Source: Oikopleura dioica
Lineage: Eukaryota > Animalia > Chordata
Assembly: GCA_907165135.1 (NCBI GenBank)
Contig: OU015566.1
Span: forward strand, 6,076,001-6,140,000
DNA length: 64,000 nucleotides
Reading direction: 5' to 3'
The notes under the pieces are model-generated. The model was not told the DNA's origin. It was given only the letters and a program-made list of their open reading frames with translations, and did no database searches. Made by a program: the position numbers and the translations under genes. Shown piece by piece: positions 23,240-34,800 of the stretch. How positions within the stretch are numbered: the first letter of the stretch is position 1; each line of letters begins with the position of its first letter.

Positions 23240-26200
23240 GAAATGGACTTTATCAATCGTCAGATAGAGTCCATGCTTCCGTCTCATCAATCATGGATCG
23301 AGTCGGTCCAAAACTTCTTACAAAAGCAACAATCTACGGTCAGCAAACAAATTTTCAACTCGACACCGGCGCTCAGGTGTCCTGTATTCCTCGATCTCTT
23401 ATCCCGCCATCAATGTACAAAGACATTATCCCATCATCTATTCAGCTCCAGTCATACAACGGAAACGAAATCAAAGTTTACGGCTGCCTTTCCGCGCCCT
23501 TAGAAATCGGAAAAATTTCACTCAAGAACTGTATATTTCAAATTGTAGGAGACCACTGCTCGCCGATCCTTGGAACCCCTGAGCTCTCCGAAAACAATCT
23601 TCTGATAGATTTGCGAGCAAGCTGCCTTCGTCAAGACAACACAACTGAGCCGATTATCATCTGCAGAAGCCCAGCAGCTGGTATCAAAGCAGTCACGAAG
23701 TCTCAGTTCTTCTCCACTTCAGCAACATCCGTTTCTCAAATCACCATCAAACCAAACTCATCAGCTTTCATTGACGTCTGCCTCTCCGAATCATCGTCAA
23801 GCTATATCTGTGCCCTTCCAGAAAAGACATTTAGGAATAAAAACTTCGAAATTTACGACCAGTGCATCCAACTTAGCAGTCTGCAGAACAAGGCAAGAAT
23901 CCACGTTGCAAATAAGTCAGCGATCCCGATCTACATTGGTAAAAATGCGGTTATCTGCCACATTAACGAGGTGGAAGTAAAATTGCCTGAAAAAGCAAAA
24001 GAAGGAAAATTCGAAAATGTTATCAAAGAACTATCTATAGGAGAAGTTCCTTTAGAAATACGACAAAAATTATTGGACCTTATCTTCTACTTCATCGATG
24101 TATTTGCAGTAGAAGATGAGAAACTTGGGACGACCGATGCGATGTCCTATAGTATCGACACAGGCGATGCAGCACCCGTCGCATCCCAGCGATATCGATC
24201 GCCGTATTACCTACGGAAGGAGATGAAACGAATAATCGAAGAAAACGTTTCATCCGGACTCCTGGAACCCTGTTCGAGCCCATGGGCTGCTCCTGTTCTT
24301 CTCGTCAAAAAACCAAATGGAAAATGGCGGCTCGTGTGCGATTACAGGAAGCTGAACCAGGTTACCATAGCTAATCAGTACCCTCTACCGGAGATAGATG
24401 GATTAATTGATCAGATGTCAGAATCTACGGTTTTTTCAACAGCGGATCTCTTTACTGGCTTTCATCAAATCCCTTGTGATGCTGATACAAAACAAAAAGT
24501 GGCCATAACAACTGACTTTGGTCAATTTACTTGGACTGCGATGCCTATGGGGGGAAAAAACGCGCCTGCCGTCTTCCAAATGATGATGGACAAGATATTT
24601 AAGGACGTCCCAAGCAGCGAGCTTGCAATCTATTTGGACGACTTATGTTTACATTCGAAGTCATATGGAGACAATCTGAAGACAATCGAAAAAGTATTAT
24701 CGATACTTCGGCGAAACAATTTGAAAATACGCGCCGCGAAAACCGAGTTTCTTAAACCAAGAGTGAAGTTCTGCGGAGCAATAATCGAAAACGGTTTCCG
24801 TTTTCCGAACCCTCTCAAAACAAAAGCCGTTCGAGAGATTGCCCAGCCAACTACAAAATCAGAAGCTGCAAGTATCTTTGGACTACTTAACTACCACCGC
24901 AACTTCATCCCGCACTTCGCCTCAAAAGCTGCTCCAATAAACATAGCGATGAGCAAAGGATTCAAATGGACAGATGAAGCAGCAGTTGCCTTAGACAGAT
25001 TAAAAAGCGAAATTTGTGGCATTGTTGACGCGCTAAAAATCCCGAATCCAAATATTGGAGAATTCGCTATCGAAACAGATGCAAGCGAAATTGGAATCGG
25101 AGCGGCACTCTTCTACAGGAAGACAAAGAAAGACAAATTCTGTCCTGTGGCCTACCTATCCCAAAAATTCGATGACGCACAACGAAACTACAACATAAGT
25201 GAGAAGGAGCTCCTGGCTGGTAAGCGAGCGATGGAGAAATGGAGTCATTATCTCCTCGGCCGGAAATTTACCTGGTTTACGGACAATTCATGTGTCAACT
25301 GGGCGCACAAAATAATGAGCCGAAAACTAAAGATCGCTAAGTGGCTGGCCGAGATAAGTGAATTCGACTTCCAAACTATCATGAAACCGTCTAAGGAAAT
25401 GAAAATTTCCGACTGTCTTTCTCGCCAAATCAACGAGCTTCAAAAACCAACGATCAGTATTGTTAAACCCCGCGACTTCCTCTTCCTTCAAGAATCAGAT
25501 GGAATCCTTCGAGATGTTATCAAATTTCAGAAAGCTGATCGTTGGCCAGGGGAGACGGACTCAGACACCAAAGAACTTAAGCGACACCGGGGCCTTCTTT
25601 GCTTCGGAGACAATGGAGAGCTCGGCATAGACAAAAACGGATTCAAAGCAATACCACCCGTTTCAATTCACCGAGAAATAATGGAGGAGTACCACGACAG
25701 GTCGGGCCACCCTGGGATCACTCAAACGCTTAAAAGTATCGAGGAGAAATACTTTTACCCAAACCTTAAAGCAACGGTGACTAACTTCATTCGATCGTGT
25801 CGAAAATGCCAGCTGATGAAGCCGACAACAAATCCACTCAATGCCCCACTTGGACATGTGACTGCACCACTCCAGCCATTCGAGAAGTATTCGATTGATC
25901 TCATTGGACCCCTACCGATAACTGACAGCTATAAAAGATTCATTTGTGTCTCCACCGATCTCTTTAGTAAGAGAACGAATGCCTCTGCACTACGCTCAAA
26001 GAAACCAGAAGAAGTCCTCGACGCGCTCCGATCAGAATGGCTCCGTAACCCTCACCTACCGAGAGAGATTCTTATGGATAATGGAGGAGAGTTCAAAGCA
26101 GTCAGAGAATTTGCAGAAGAAAAAGGACTGCGGGTTCGACTTTCGCCAGCATACCACCCGCAAACTAACGGTGAAGTTGAGAATAGGAACCGTACAATCA

Positions 26201-27441
26201 AATCCCGGCTGAAACTTGCCTGTGGCATGGAAAATTGGGACGCTTGGTTACCAACAGTCATTCATCAGATGAATTCAGCACAGCACTCAGTAACGATGGC
26301 CTCTCCGTTCGAAATCGAAACAGGCTTCAAGGGAGAAAATTCAAACGACAAGTACCGCCAGAGGCAGACAAGAAACACCATCAACTTTGAGTCAATTCGA
26401 GAGAAGATTCAAGCGAATCATGATAAACGACGATCCTCAGACGAGAAAATTCACGAGTTCAAGCTAAACGACCTTGTTCTCTGCAAGAATGTCGACCCAC
26501 TCGAAAAAATCTTCAAATGGTCCGGACCCTTGAAGATAACGGCAATCAAAAACCAGGGACTTAGTTTCGACCTATTAAATCCGCAAACGGGACGCGACAT
26601 GACAAGGCACATCAGCCACCTAAAGCCATTTATCAGCAGACCTGAAGACGACCAACCAAAGGACGAAAAACCAGAAGATCAAAAGCAACAGACGAACGAC
26701 GCGAAACCAAAACCGAGGAAATTCAACAGAAGAACTTCCTACTTCATCCAGACAAGAAGCCAGTCTGCCATTGACCGAGAGGAGAGCAATAACGCATTAC
26801 GGGAAAACGCCGTTGAGGAATCGAATAAGCAGATGCCGGCGGAACAACAAATAGAACCAACAATCTCAGATGAAGCGGGGCCTGCAGACGAGACTATTTT
26901 CTACGAACTGGAAACATCAAATACCCAACAGGAAGATAACAGTTCAATCGACAGCCAGTCAACTGAAGTTGCCGAGCTAACAAACAATCATGAACCTAAA
27001 GCAGAACCGCGGAAGCTTGTTTCCCCTGTCGTACAACGAATGGCCGACCTCCACGAAAGAGCCCTCGACAAATTCATTAAAGAATACAATTGTGGAGTAA
27101 AACTTGGAGCATGGGCGACATTGAAAAACTCGAAAGCAAAGAAGATTGAAAAAATAAATGAATGGATACAAGTTCACCATCCTAACTGGGAAAAAGACGC
27201 CGAAGGATTCTACTTGGTCAAACACAATGCACTTATGCTCGAGAAAAAGTGCTACCTAAGCAATTTTACAATCCTTGAGATGAAAGTCCTTGCGAAACAT
27301 ATGGGCTTGGAAATCGACATCACAGGGAAGACAAAAACAGCAATCACCGAGGAGATAACGAAAAAAGCAAAAAAGAAATACCCGTTTATGAAAACGACAG
27401 CAAGCGGAAACTTGGTCATCGATCCAGCTCATTTTACATAG
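23230..27441 (+). CDS. pol: Pol (protease-RT-RNase H-integrase plus C-terminal extension), in the -1 frame relative to gag
   Basis: LDTGA protease; RT (WAAPVLLVKK, ADLFTGFHQI, YLDD); RNase H (ETDAS, EKELLA); integrase (H..GHPG..C..C, SIDLIGPLP, DNGGEF, NGEVENRNRTIK). Confidence 0.97.
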   Translation, partial: KKLRNGLYQSSDRVHASVSSIMDRVGPKLLTKATIYGQQTNFQLDTGAQVSCIPRSLIPPSMYKDIIPSSIQLQSYNGNEIKVYGCLSAPLEIGKISLKNCIFQIVGDHCSPILGTPELSENNLLIDLRASCLRQDNTTEPIIICRSPAAGIKAVTKSQFFSTSATSVSQITIKPNSSAFIDVCLSESSSSYICALPEKTFRNKNFEIYDQCIQLSSLQNKARIHVANKSAIPIYIGKNAVICHINEVEVKLPEKAKEGKFENVIKELSIGEVPLEIRQKLLDLIFYFIDVFAVEDEKLGTTDAMSYSIDTGDAAPVASQRYRSPYYLRKEMKRIIEENVSSGLLEPCSSPWAAPVLLVKKPNGKWRLVCDYRKLNQVTIANQYPLPEIDGLIDQMSESTVFSTADLFTGFHQIPCDADTKQKVAITTDFGQFTWTAMPMGGKNAPAVFQMMMDKIFKDVPSSELAIYLDDLCLHSKSYGDNLKTIEKVLSILRRNNLKIRAAKTEFLKPRVKFCGAIIENGFRFPNPLKTKAVREIAQPTTKSEAASIFGLLNYHRNFIPHFASKAAPINIAMSKGFKWTDEAAVALDRLKSEICGIVDALKIPNPNIGEFAIETDASEIGIGAALFYRKTKKDKFCPVAYLSQKFDDAQRNYNISEKELLAGKRAMEKWSHYLLGRKFTWFTDNSCVNWAHKIMSRKLKIAKWLAEISEFDFQTIMKPSKEMKISDCLSRQINELQKPTISIVKPRDFLFLQESDGILRDVIKFQKADRWPGETDSDTKELKRHRGLLCFGDNGELGIDKNGFKAIPPVSIHREIMEEYHDRSGHPGITQTLKSIEEKYFYPNLKATVTNFIRSCRKCQLMKPTTNPLNAPLGHVTAPLQPFEKYSIDLIGPLPITDSYKRFICVSTDLFSKRTNASALRSKKPEEVLDALRSEWLRNPHLPREILMDNGGEFKAVREFAEEKGLRVRLSPAYHPQTNGEVENRNRTIKSRLKLACGMENWDAWLPTVIHQMNSAQHSVTMASPFEIETGFKGENSNDKYRQRQTRNTINFESIREKIQANHDKRRSSDEKIHEFKLNDLVLCKNVDPLEKIFKWSGPLKITAIKNQGLSFDLLNPQTGRDMTRHISHLKPFISRPEDDQPKDEKPEDQKQQTNDAKPKPRKFNRRTSYFIQTRSQSAIDREESNNALRENAVEESNKQMPAEQQIEPTISDEAGPADETIFYELETSNTQQEDNSSIDSQSTEVAELTNNHEPKAEPRKLVSPVVQRMADLHERALDKFIKEYNCGVKLGAWATLKNSKAKKIEKINEWIQVHHPNWEKDAEGFYLVKHNALMLEKKCYLSNFTILEMKVLAKHMGLEIDITGKTKTAITEEITKKAKKKYPFMKTTASGNLVIDPAHFT

Positions 27442-27452
27442 CCGTGCCTGAT

Positions 27453-27998
27453 AGTGTATATCAATATACACTTTTTTGCAAAACGCATAAAATCGCCCCT
27501 AAAGGTCGCCTGGACAATCCGAAACGCTCAAACGAGTCCCCGGAAAATGGTTCTTCAGTCAAACAGTCTGCCGAAATACCGCGATGACTCACTCATGTTC
27601 TAGAAACTTTTGAACATCTTGAAATTTCATTACCATAATTCGGCCAAAATCTCAAACTTCGACCGACGATAAAAAGTAAACGAGCAATGGGAACTAATTT
27701 CTGCAAAGAGGACCTGCGGGACATCGACAATAGGAACATTTCGAGCTATCACCCAGCTTGTTGCAATGATTCATCACTGTTCTAGAAGATTTTGCAGTTC
27801 CGAAAAAATTGTCCGGACAAAATTTTCGAAAATAAGTGTATATCAATATACACTTTTTTTTTTTTTTGCAAACCGCATAAAATCGCCCCTAGAGGTCGCC
27901 TGGACAATCCGAAACGCTCAAACGAATCCCCGGAAAATGGTTCTTCACTCAAACAATCTGCCGAAATACCACGATGACTCACTCATGTTCTAGAAACT
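27453..27998 (+). repeat. ~160-bp direct repeat pair in the 3' non-coding region of element 2
   Basis: 27453-27608 and 27835-27998; each starts with the hairpin AGTGTATA-TCAA-TATACACT followed by a T run. Confidence 0.85.
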
Positions 27999-28419
27999 CT
28001 CGCATATTTCGAAATTTCCGATTCTGGGAAAATTGTCCGGACAAAATTTTTGAAAATTCATCCGCTTCTCACTCGAAAACGAAGAAAGCAAATAACAATC
28101 CGTAAAATGATCTGGAAACAGCTCACGATAAGCGTTAATTTGGACCCCTCGGCTTTGTCATAACTCATATGGACGAAAACTTCTGCCGGAAATACTTTTC
28201 GATTCATGGAATAATTACGATTTTTCAACTACTCGACCTTTGTTTAGCCAGAAAAGAAAGACTACTTGACCAATTGACTTTGCCAAGCCCGCATACGACA
28301 GAACTAGCAGCGACTGACGAGATTCGCCCTTAACAACCTCATGACAATGACTCACTACATCGGCATTCTGGAATTTTTTTTCTTCAATTCATTTTCAAAA
28401 CCCGCCGATGACTGATGGC

Positions 28420-28686
28420 TGACACGACTGTAGAAAAACTTTACATTTTGTAAATATCTTATATATGAATTTTACGCCTATTGCAGCAACCTTTCTTATT
28501 CTTTTATCTACGCGCTGACCTGATTCCAATCGAGGGAGTGACGACCCGCTGATTCGAATCATTGACCAACTGACCCACTTTACCCAGCTGATTTTACGCT
28601 TGACACAGTTCTGACCCTTTATAAGCGACTCTGCCAAGACAAAATTATTCAATTTCACAATAAAACCAATCGAAAGGTTCAATTTT
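28420..28686 (+). repeat. 3' LTR(-derived) repeat of element 2
   Basis: Copy of 21859-22125; no polypurine tract immediately upstream. Confidence 0.9.
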
Positions 28687-28930
28687 TTTCAATGAAGATT
28701 TTCGATAGAAATTTTAATAAAATAATCAATTTGATTCAAAAATTTGAAAATAATTTTATAAAAAATCATCTAAAAAAAAGCTGATAAAGACTTACTCGGG
28801 CTCTCTGGCCGCCAAAGCCGAAGAAATGACAGCTGCCAACAGCTTCATTTCTATTTCTCTTTAGCTTTTAGCTTTTGAAGCGTGAGCTGGATTACAATTT
28901 ACTTTTATTCTTTTCTGGGCCACACGGTGG
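28681..28930. repeat. Right copy of the flanking duplication; contains a second gene B exon 1 (28796-28848, minus strand) still attached to the native upstream promoter
   Basis: Direct match to 21610-21858. Confidence 0.95.
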
Positions 28931-31046
28931 CACTTTGCCCATGTCAAAGGGTCGATGGTGGAGGAGCGCTGTGGGACCACGTGCGTGCATTTTTCTAGAG
29001 CCGCGCCCAGAACGGAAGAAAAACGGACCAAGGGACCTCCGGATGAACTTGATAGCGATCTGAAATTGGCATTTTCGAGGGTTAAGAATTTCTAAAGGAA
29101 GTTAGAAGCTATCTGCCTCCGACAATTAATCAATAAATCATAAAAAAATCTATAAATAATCTGTTTAAAAAATAACCGGAAGGGGCGGTATTTTCTCAGG
29201 GTAGCTTTGGTCACAGAGAACGGAGCCTGCAATTCCGAAATCATCACGAGATCTTCTTCATTTTTTTCTTGTAAACAACAATCGAAACCCCTGCCTTCCG
29301 GATTAATTGTCGGCCCATATGGTTGATTGAAAGCCAGGAGAATCTCGACAAAGCAATTTGAGACAGTTCGCACTTTAGTTAAAAAAGTCGATTTGGAAAT
29401 TCGCTTTCGTTTTGCAAGGACAGCATTTTTTATGAAGCGAGTGAAGTGGGTCCTATTTGGCCCACGTGCGAGTAAATCCGATTCTCCTTGTATAGACGCT
29501 TTCAGCACACTGTCATTTTAGAATTCATTTTTGAATTTTGAGGATAAGTTGCCAGTTGTTGTGACAAAATATGCATGATTTCATGAAGAGGAGTCAAAAA
29601 TCGATAAAAAAATCCAATAATTTTTCAAGAAATTTTGGTCAAAGTAAAGACCAATCAGATTTCGGCACTAGGCGAGTTAACCAATCAGATTTCAGAAAAA
29701 AAAATTTCACAAAAATTCGAATTTATTTTCTCCCTTTTTTCTCTTTTCTTGCGATCTTCCCAATTTTAATTTGAACACGTGAGAAAACGACTAATTTTTT
29801 TCTTTTTGAAATTTATTTGTAAAATAAGCTTTTTGACGAAAAAATATGTTTATTTCTAGCTTTCCGAAAAAGGTGCACGATTCGATAATTTAAATGAAAT
29901 CTAAATTCTGTGTTATGATGACATCCGTCTAAGCCCAAACTTTCCATCCATGCGGCAGTGTTTTGGGACTCGTGTAATGCGGACCTCAATTTACAACTAC
30001 CTCCGTTACGTCTTGATAGCGCGCCGTTTATCCAACATCAAGTGATCCAAAAAAGACAGATAACTGCAATTATCTGAGTCAGAGCACTTCCTTCTATCAA
30101 ACAGCGATAAGGAAAGGTTCCCTATGAGTATTTTTTGGAACTCCTAAGAAACATGGGAGTTACTGGCCGAAATAAACGGGAAAATTTTTCGCGAAAATTA
30201 AGGTCATTTATTAAACGGTTTTCCTGATATTTTAGACATGAAAAGTTTTAGGCTGGAAAACCCGTTAAAATAGGGACCCCGATTTTTCTATCGGAAGTGA
30301 AATGGACTGCTGAGAGCACTGGAATTTCAAGGATCTAACAAGTGCGTCGCTTTGGGCGTCTATGAGGGCTGAATTTGTTCTGACTCAAACTGGTGCTAAA
30401 ATTGTCGAAAATTCGGGTCCCGAATTTGACCTGTTTAGTCTAAGAGGTAGACTCAGGCTCATATTTTTAGACTCAGGAAATTATTGAGTAAGGAATGCTT
30501 TAAGAATTCCAAGTTAGATACCTTTCTTTGAAATTAAACAGGAATTCTTATTGATCATTCTTTTAGACTTTTCAATTTGACATCTTCAAATAAGAAGGAG
30601 AATTTCTTATTAATAAAAGTTTGAACTTTGAGTTCCGATCTGCGGCTCGTTTTTAAAAGTCGGAAGGGGCGAATCCGTCCAAGAAAAACAAAAGAGAAGA
30701 TATAACCGAAAGCGAGAGAAACAGAACTTTGTTATTCTTCCCCTATGCGACCTCTAATTAAAACGAACGCGAAAATTCGGCACGTTGAAAACCTCAACGG
30801 ACGAAAACCTAGTTATTTCGAAGGATGAAGAATTCAAGACATTTTTAACGGTTTCCGAGCACCCGTGAAGCTGATTCATAATCTCGATTTTATAAAACAG
30901 TATTTTCGCGTTTTTGCTTCAAGTCATAATTCTAGAGCAAGACGGATAAGTTGGATAAGAGTTCGCGAGTAGTGACCGTGTTATTGCTGATAAATACGCG
31001 CTTGTTTTTGGACACAAATATTCTTCAGGAAAGTGTAGCTTTTTAA

Positions 31047-31724
31047 GGAGGTGTGGGGCAAATTTCGGCAAATTGACCATTTTCAAACAGCCCTCAGGCT
31101 CAGATGGGTAATAAAATTTTTAAAAACTCTTCTTCTATTTATAGATTGCACCCTAAACTAGAGTTGAAATTTTTTCAGAAAAAATGATTAAGGGATTCTG
31201 GCCATAATGACCTCGACTCCATGTCATGTCCGTGAAAATCGTCATTTTGCGTCATTTTCGAACGCGATTTTTTAATGAAAATATTTTAATTTTTCAAAAC
31301 TTAGATGCTGAAAAGAAAGTTCAAACGCTGTTCTCGGGTTGAATTGAAGGAATTTAATTTTTCGCGAAAATTGCTTATTTAAAAACTTCAATCGAAAATT
31401 GGGTTTCAAATTGTCAAAAAAATGAAATTTAAAATTGCACTAACTCGTAATACAGTTAGATAAGTGAGTCACTGTAATGAATAAAAATACTCAGCGAGTC
31501 GTAAGCTTTCTAAAAATATTAAAATAATTGCATTTAAACGATTTTAAAAATCTAATTTCACGAATTTTCATAGAAATGCCAATTTTCAATCCCGTTTTTC
31601 ACCAACTTTTGTTGACATTGAGAAAAAAAGCTAGGGACCTTTTTTGATGCTCTTGATGTGGGCTTTCTAAAAATGGAAAGAAAATTTTAAAATTCGAATT
31701 TTCGCCAAGTCGCCCAACACCTCC
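31047..31724. mobile_element. Non-autonomous TIR element with TTAA TSD and GG termini (Kolobok-like)
   Basis: TTAA|GGAGGTGTGGGGC ... GCCCAACACCTCC|TTAA. Confidence 0.75.
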
Positions 31725-31826
31725 TTAACTTCAGGTAATTATTTTTCAATTTGCAAATTTTATCAGGAGAGACCTATTTTTTTAAATAAGAAGTAAACTG
31801 TTAACAGCTTATATCAGTGAAGAGCC

Positions 31827-34800
31827 TTATTGATAAATTGTAATATTCCATCTTACGAAGCCCCAGCATGCACCGTACTCGTTGCAATCTGCTTTATATT
31901 TTACAAGACCGTCGTGATCTGGTCGCAATTTTTCAACTTTCTTGTTCATTAAGCCAACGAAACCAATATCTTCTCCAATAACTTCACAATCGACCGGATT
32001 TCCTGTAAATTTATCAAGGTAAAATAGGGTACTACCTTAATCGTCGTTAAAACGTTGCATCGGCTGCTTTAGTCGTCGTCAACTTGTTGCATAGGACTAC
32101 TTTAGTCGTCGTTAAAACGTTGCATTGGACTGCTCTAGTCGTCGTTAATTTGTTGCATTTGGCTGCCGTAGTCGTCGTCTGAGTCATCTTGCCTTTTTCA
32201 ATTTCAAGATAGGTAGGCGCGAGCCAACCAGCGCTTTCAGAGTGTTTCTAGACTTTCCAGATTCTCCCAAAACGACGACTAAGGCAGTCCAATGCAACGT
32301 TTTAACGACGGCTAAAGTAGTCCTATGCAACAAGTTGACGACGACTAAAGCAGCCGATGCAACGTTTTAACGACGATTAAGGATATAAGCTATGAATTTG
32401 AACTTTCGTAGCGCCTAAATGCGAAGTAGGATCATTTTCATTTCAAAAGCAATCCTACTTAAAAATGCACACATAATTCAAATCTGGTATTTTTAAAAAA
32501 TTTTTTATAGAAAATTTTATTTTTAGAGCGTTTTCAAATCTTACGATCGCGATTCCTCGAAATTTTTCCACTAAATCGGTCGAGTTTTTTCGATAAATAA
32601 CTTCTCTTAACCCTTATCTACAATATTGACGGATTAATTTTTCCTAATTCCGACAGAAACCGATTTTAGAGCCATTTCCATGAGGCTTACCCAGCGCGTG
32701 AATAGTGTAAAAAGCGGCGCGCTGGGCGCTCGCTCTCTCGACTCCTCTTTTCCGTGAGAGTGGCGCGGTTGAGGGGAGCGCTTTGATTGGTTGCACGAGA
32801 AAAAGCACAAAAAGAAGAAAAACACGAGAAAGGAAGAGGAAAGCGCTAGAATGAAAATTTGAGGAAGTTTCAGAATAAAATCCCGTCAATTTTCTAGCTT
32901 AACATCATTGAAATAATAGACACGGTTCAGTTTTAGCGATTCAATGGAAAAATTTCGAGAAATCGAGATCGTAAGATTTGAAAACGCTCTAAAAGAAAAT
33001 TTTCTATAAAAAATTTTTAAAAGTACCAGATTTGAGTTTTGCGTGCATTTTTAGGTAGGATTGCTTTTGAAATGAAAATGATCCTACAACGCATTTAGGC
33101 GCTACGAAAGTTCAAATTCATAGCTTATATCCTTAAGGCAGTCCCCTATTTTACGAATATAAAAAAACTCACCGTTATGCGTTAGCCATAATCGACAGAA
33201 ATCATCACCACCATATCCCTTCCAACTCGATTGATTTCGAATCCGCCAACCTCCTTCTGAGACATCTAATCCTATTTTTTCATTGTTAAACTCATTTTGG
33301 GATTTTATTGAGTCGAAAAATAAATACGATATTAATAGTGACGAAAATCATTTTCTCCGATTCCTTTAAATTAAATTTAGTGAATCCTGCAGCCATTGCT
33401 TTTAAAACTCGTCGCACAGCAGCCTCGTCGTGTTCTTTTCGGACTGAGTTGGAGTCTTTTCCCCGAAAATGACCAAAGCCATTCATTGCAGGATTTGAAA
33501 ATCCGAAAGAGCGTTCTATTTCAGATCGATAAGCTTCTTTCTTTTTCTTGGAAGCATCTTCTTTGTTTTTTATCGCTTCCAGATCATGGTTCAGTTTCTG
33601 GTTGATTCGCCTGACTTCATTGAGATCTTTTTTCAGAGAATCGTTTTGTGCTTTCAAATTTTCATTTTCTTCTTTCAAATTTTCATTTTTCTTTTTCGCC
33701 AAATCACGTTCTCGAGAAAATATCTCATTCTCATTTTTCAGTCTGATATTTTCTCGATTGAGCAGCTCATTGATTTTCATCGTGGTATCAATTTTCGTCA
33801 ATCCAAAAGTCAGGTCTCTCGGCAAGACTCTATTCTTTAGCTGCTCAATCAGACTCGACAAGGTCGGATGGTTCATCAAAGCTACAGCACTTTCAGCTCG
33901 CTCACCGACTTCAACAACCAAGCATCGTTGAATCAACGACTCCATTGCGGGAAAGATGACTTCTGCTGGATTTCGAACGTTTTGGACGATGTTCATCATC
34001 GTTTGAAAGTGATCTCCAGCAGTAAAGGGGTGTCTGTTGAGATTTCATAAGCAAATGTTCATACAATTTCGAAATAAATTTGAAATCTTCCCTAAATGTA
34101 CATAACATTTGAAGCGTTATTCCGAGAGCCCATATATCTTGAGAAAATGAGGCTGGCGCATTTCCTTGATTTCGAATCATCTCTGGCGCTAAATACTCCA
34201 TTGATCCAGCAATACCAGTATGAAGCGTAGCTTCGGCAACCCGCGATATGTTGAAGTCCGCTATTTTCACCTGAACTCAAATATATCATCAGTTCTGAGT
34301 CTTCATTGCACCTGTTGTCCATCAGCGGACATGAGAATGTTTTCGGGCTTTATGTCTCGGTGCATGATGTTCTTTCCATGAATGTAGCCTAAGATTTGAT
34401 TATTTGGTTTGTTTATTTCATGAAACTACCTAAAGCAAGAACCAGCTGGGCAGATATTCGTAAAGCATCGTTTTGAGCCCAAGGTAGCTCGTTTTCACCA
34501 CCTTCTGAAGGATTCTTATTGTACTGTTGAAAGTAAACGCTTACCATTGTTGAGCATTTTCTCGAAAAACTGAGCCAGGTCTCCGCCTGGTAGATATTCA
34601 AGAATCAAGGCATGGTATGGGACTCCATTGGGTGCAGTGAACTTAAAGTTGTCAAAAAGCTTGACAACGTAGTCATGATCTTCCGAAGTTTCTTAGCCGT
34701 GCGTAGATTTTAGCTAGATGGAAAGTAAAAGTACCCGCTTAGAAACATCCCTAGTTGCTGAAGCAAGTTTATTTCTAAGTTGGCATCGTGTTCTTCTTTT

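Larger units (their letters stand above)
21859..28686 (+). mobile_element. Ty3/gypsy LTR retrotransposon 2, apparently coding-intact, no env
   Basis: Terminal direct repeats 21859-22125 and 28420-28686 appear identical. Contains gag with two CCHC knuckles and a pol ORF with PR-RT-RH-IN. Confidence 0.97.

Noticed and set aside
27442-28419. env gene in element 2 (some Oikopleura gypsy elements have one)
   Set aside because: No long ORF, signal peptide or TM segment in this region.
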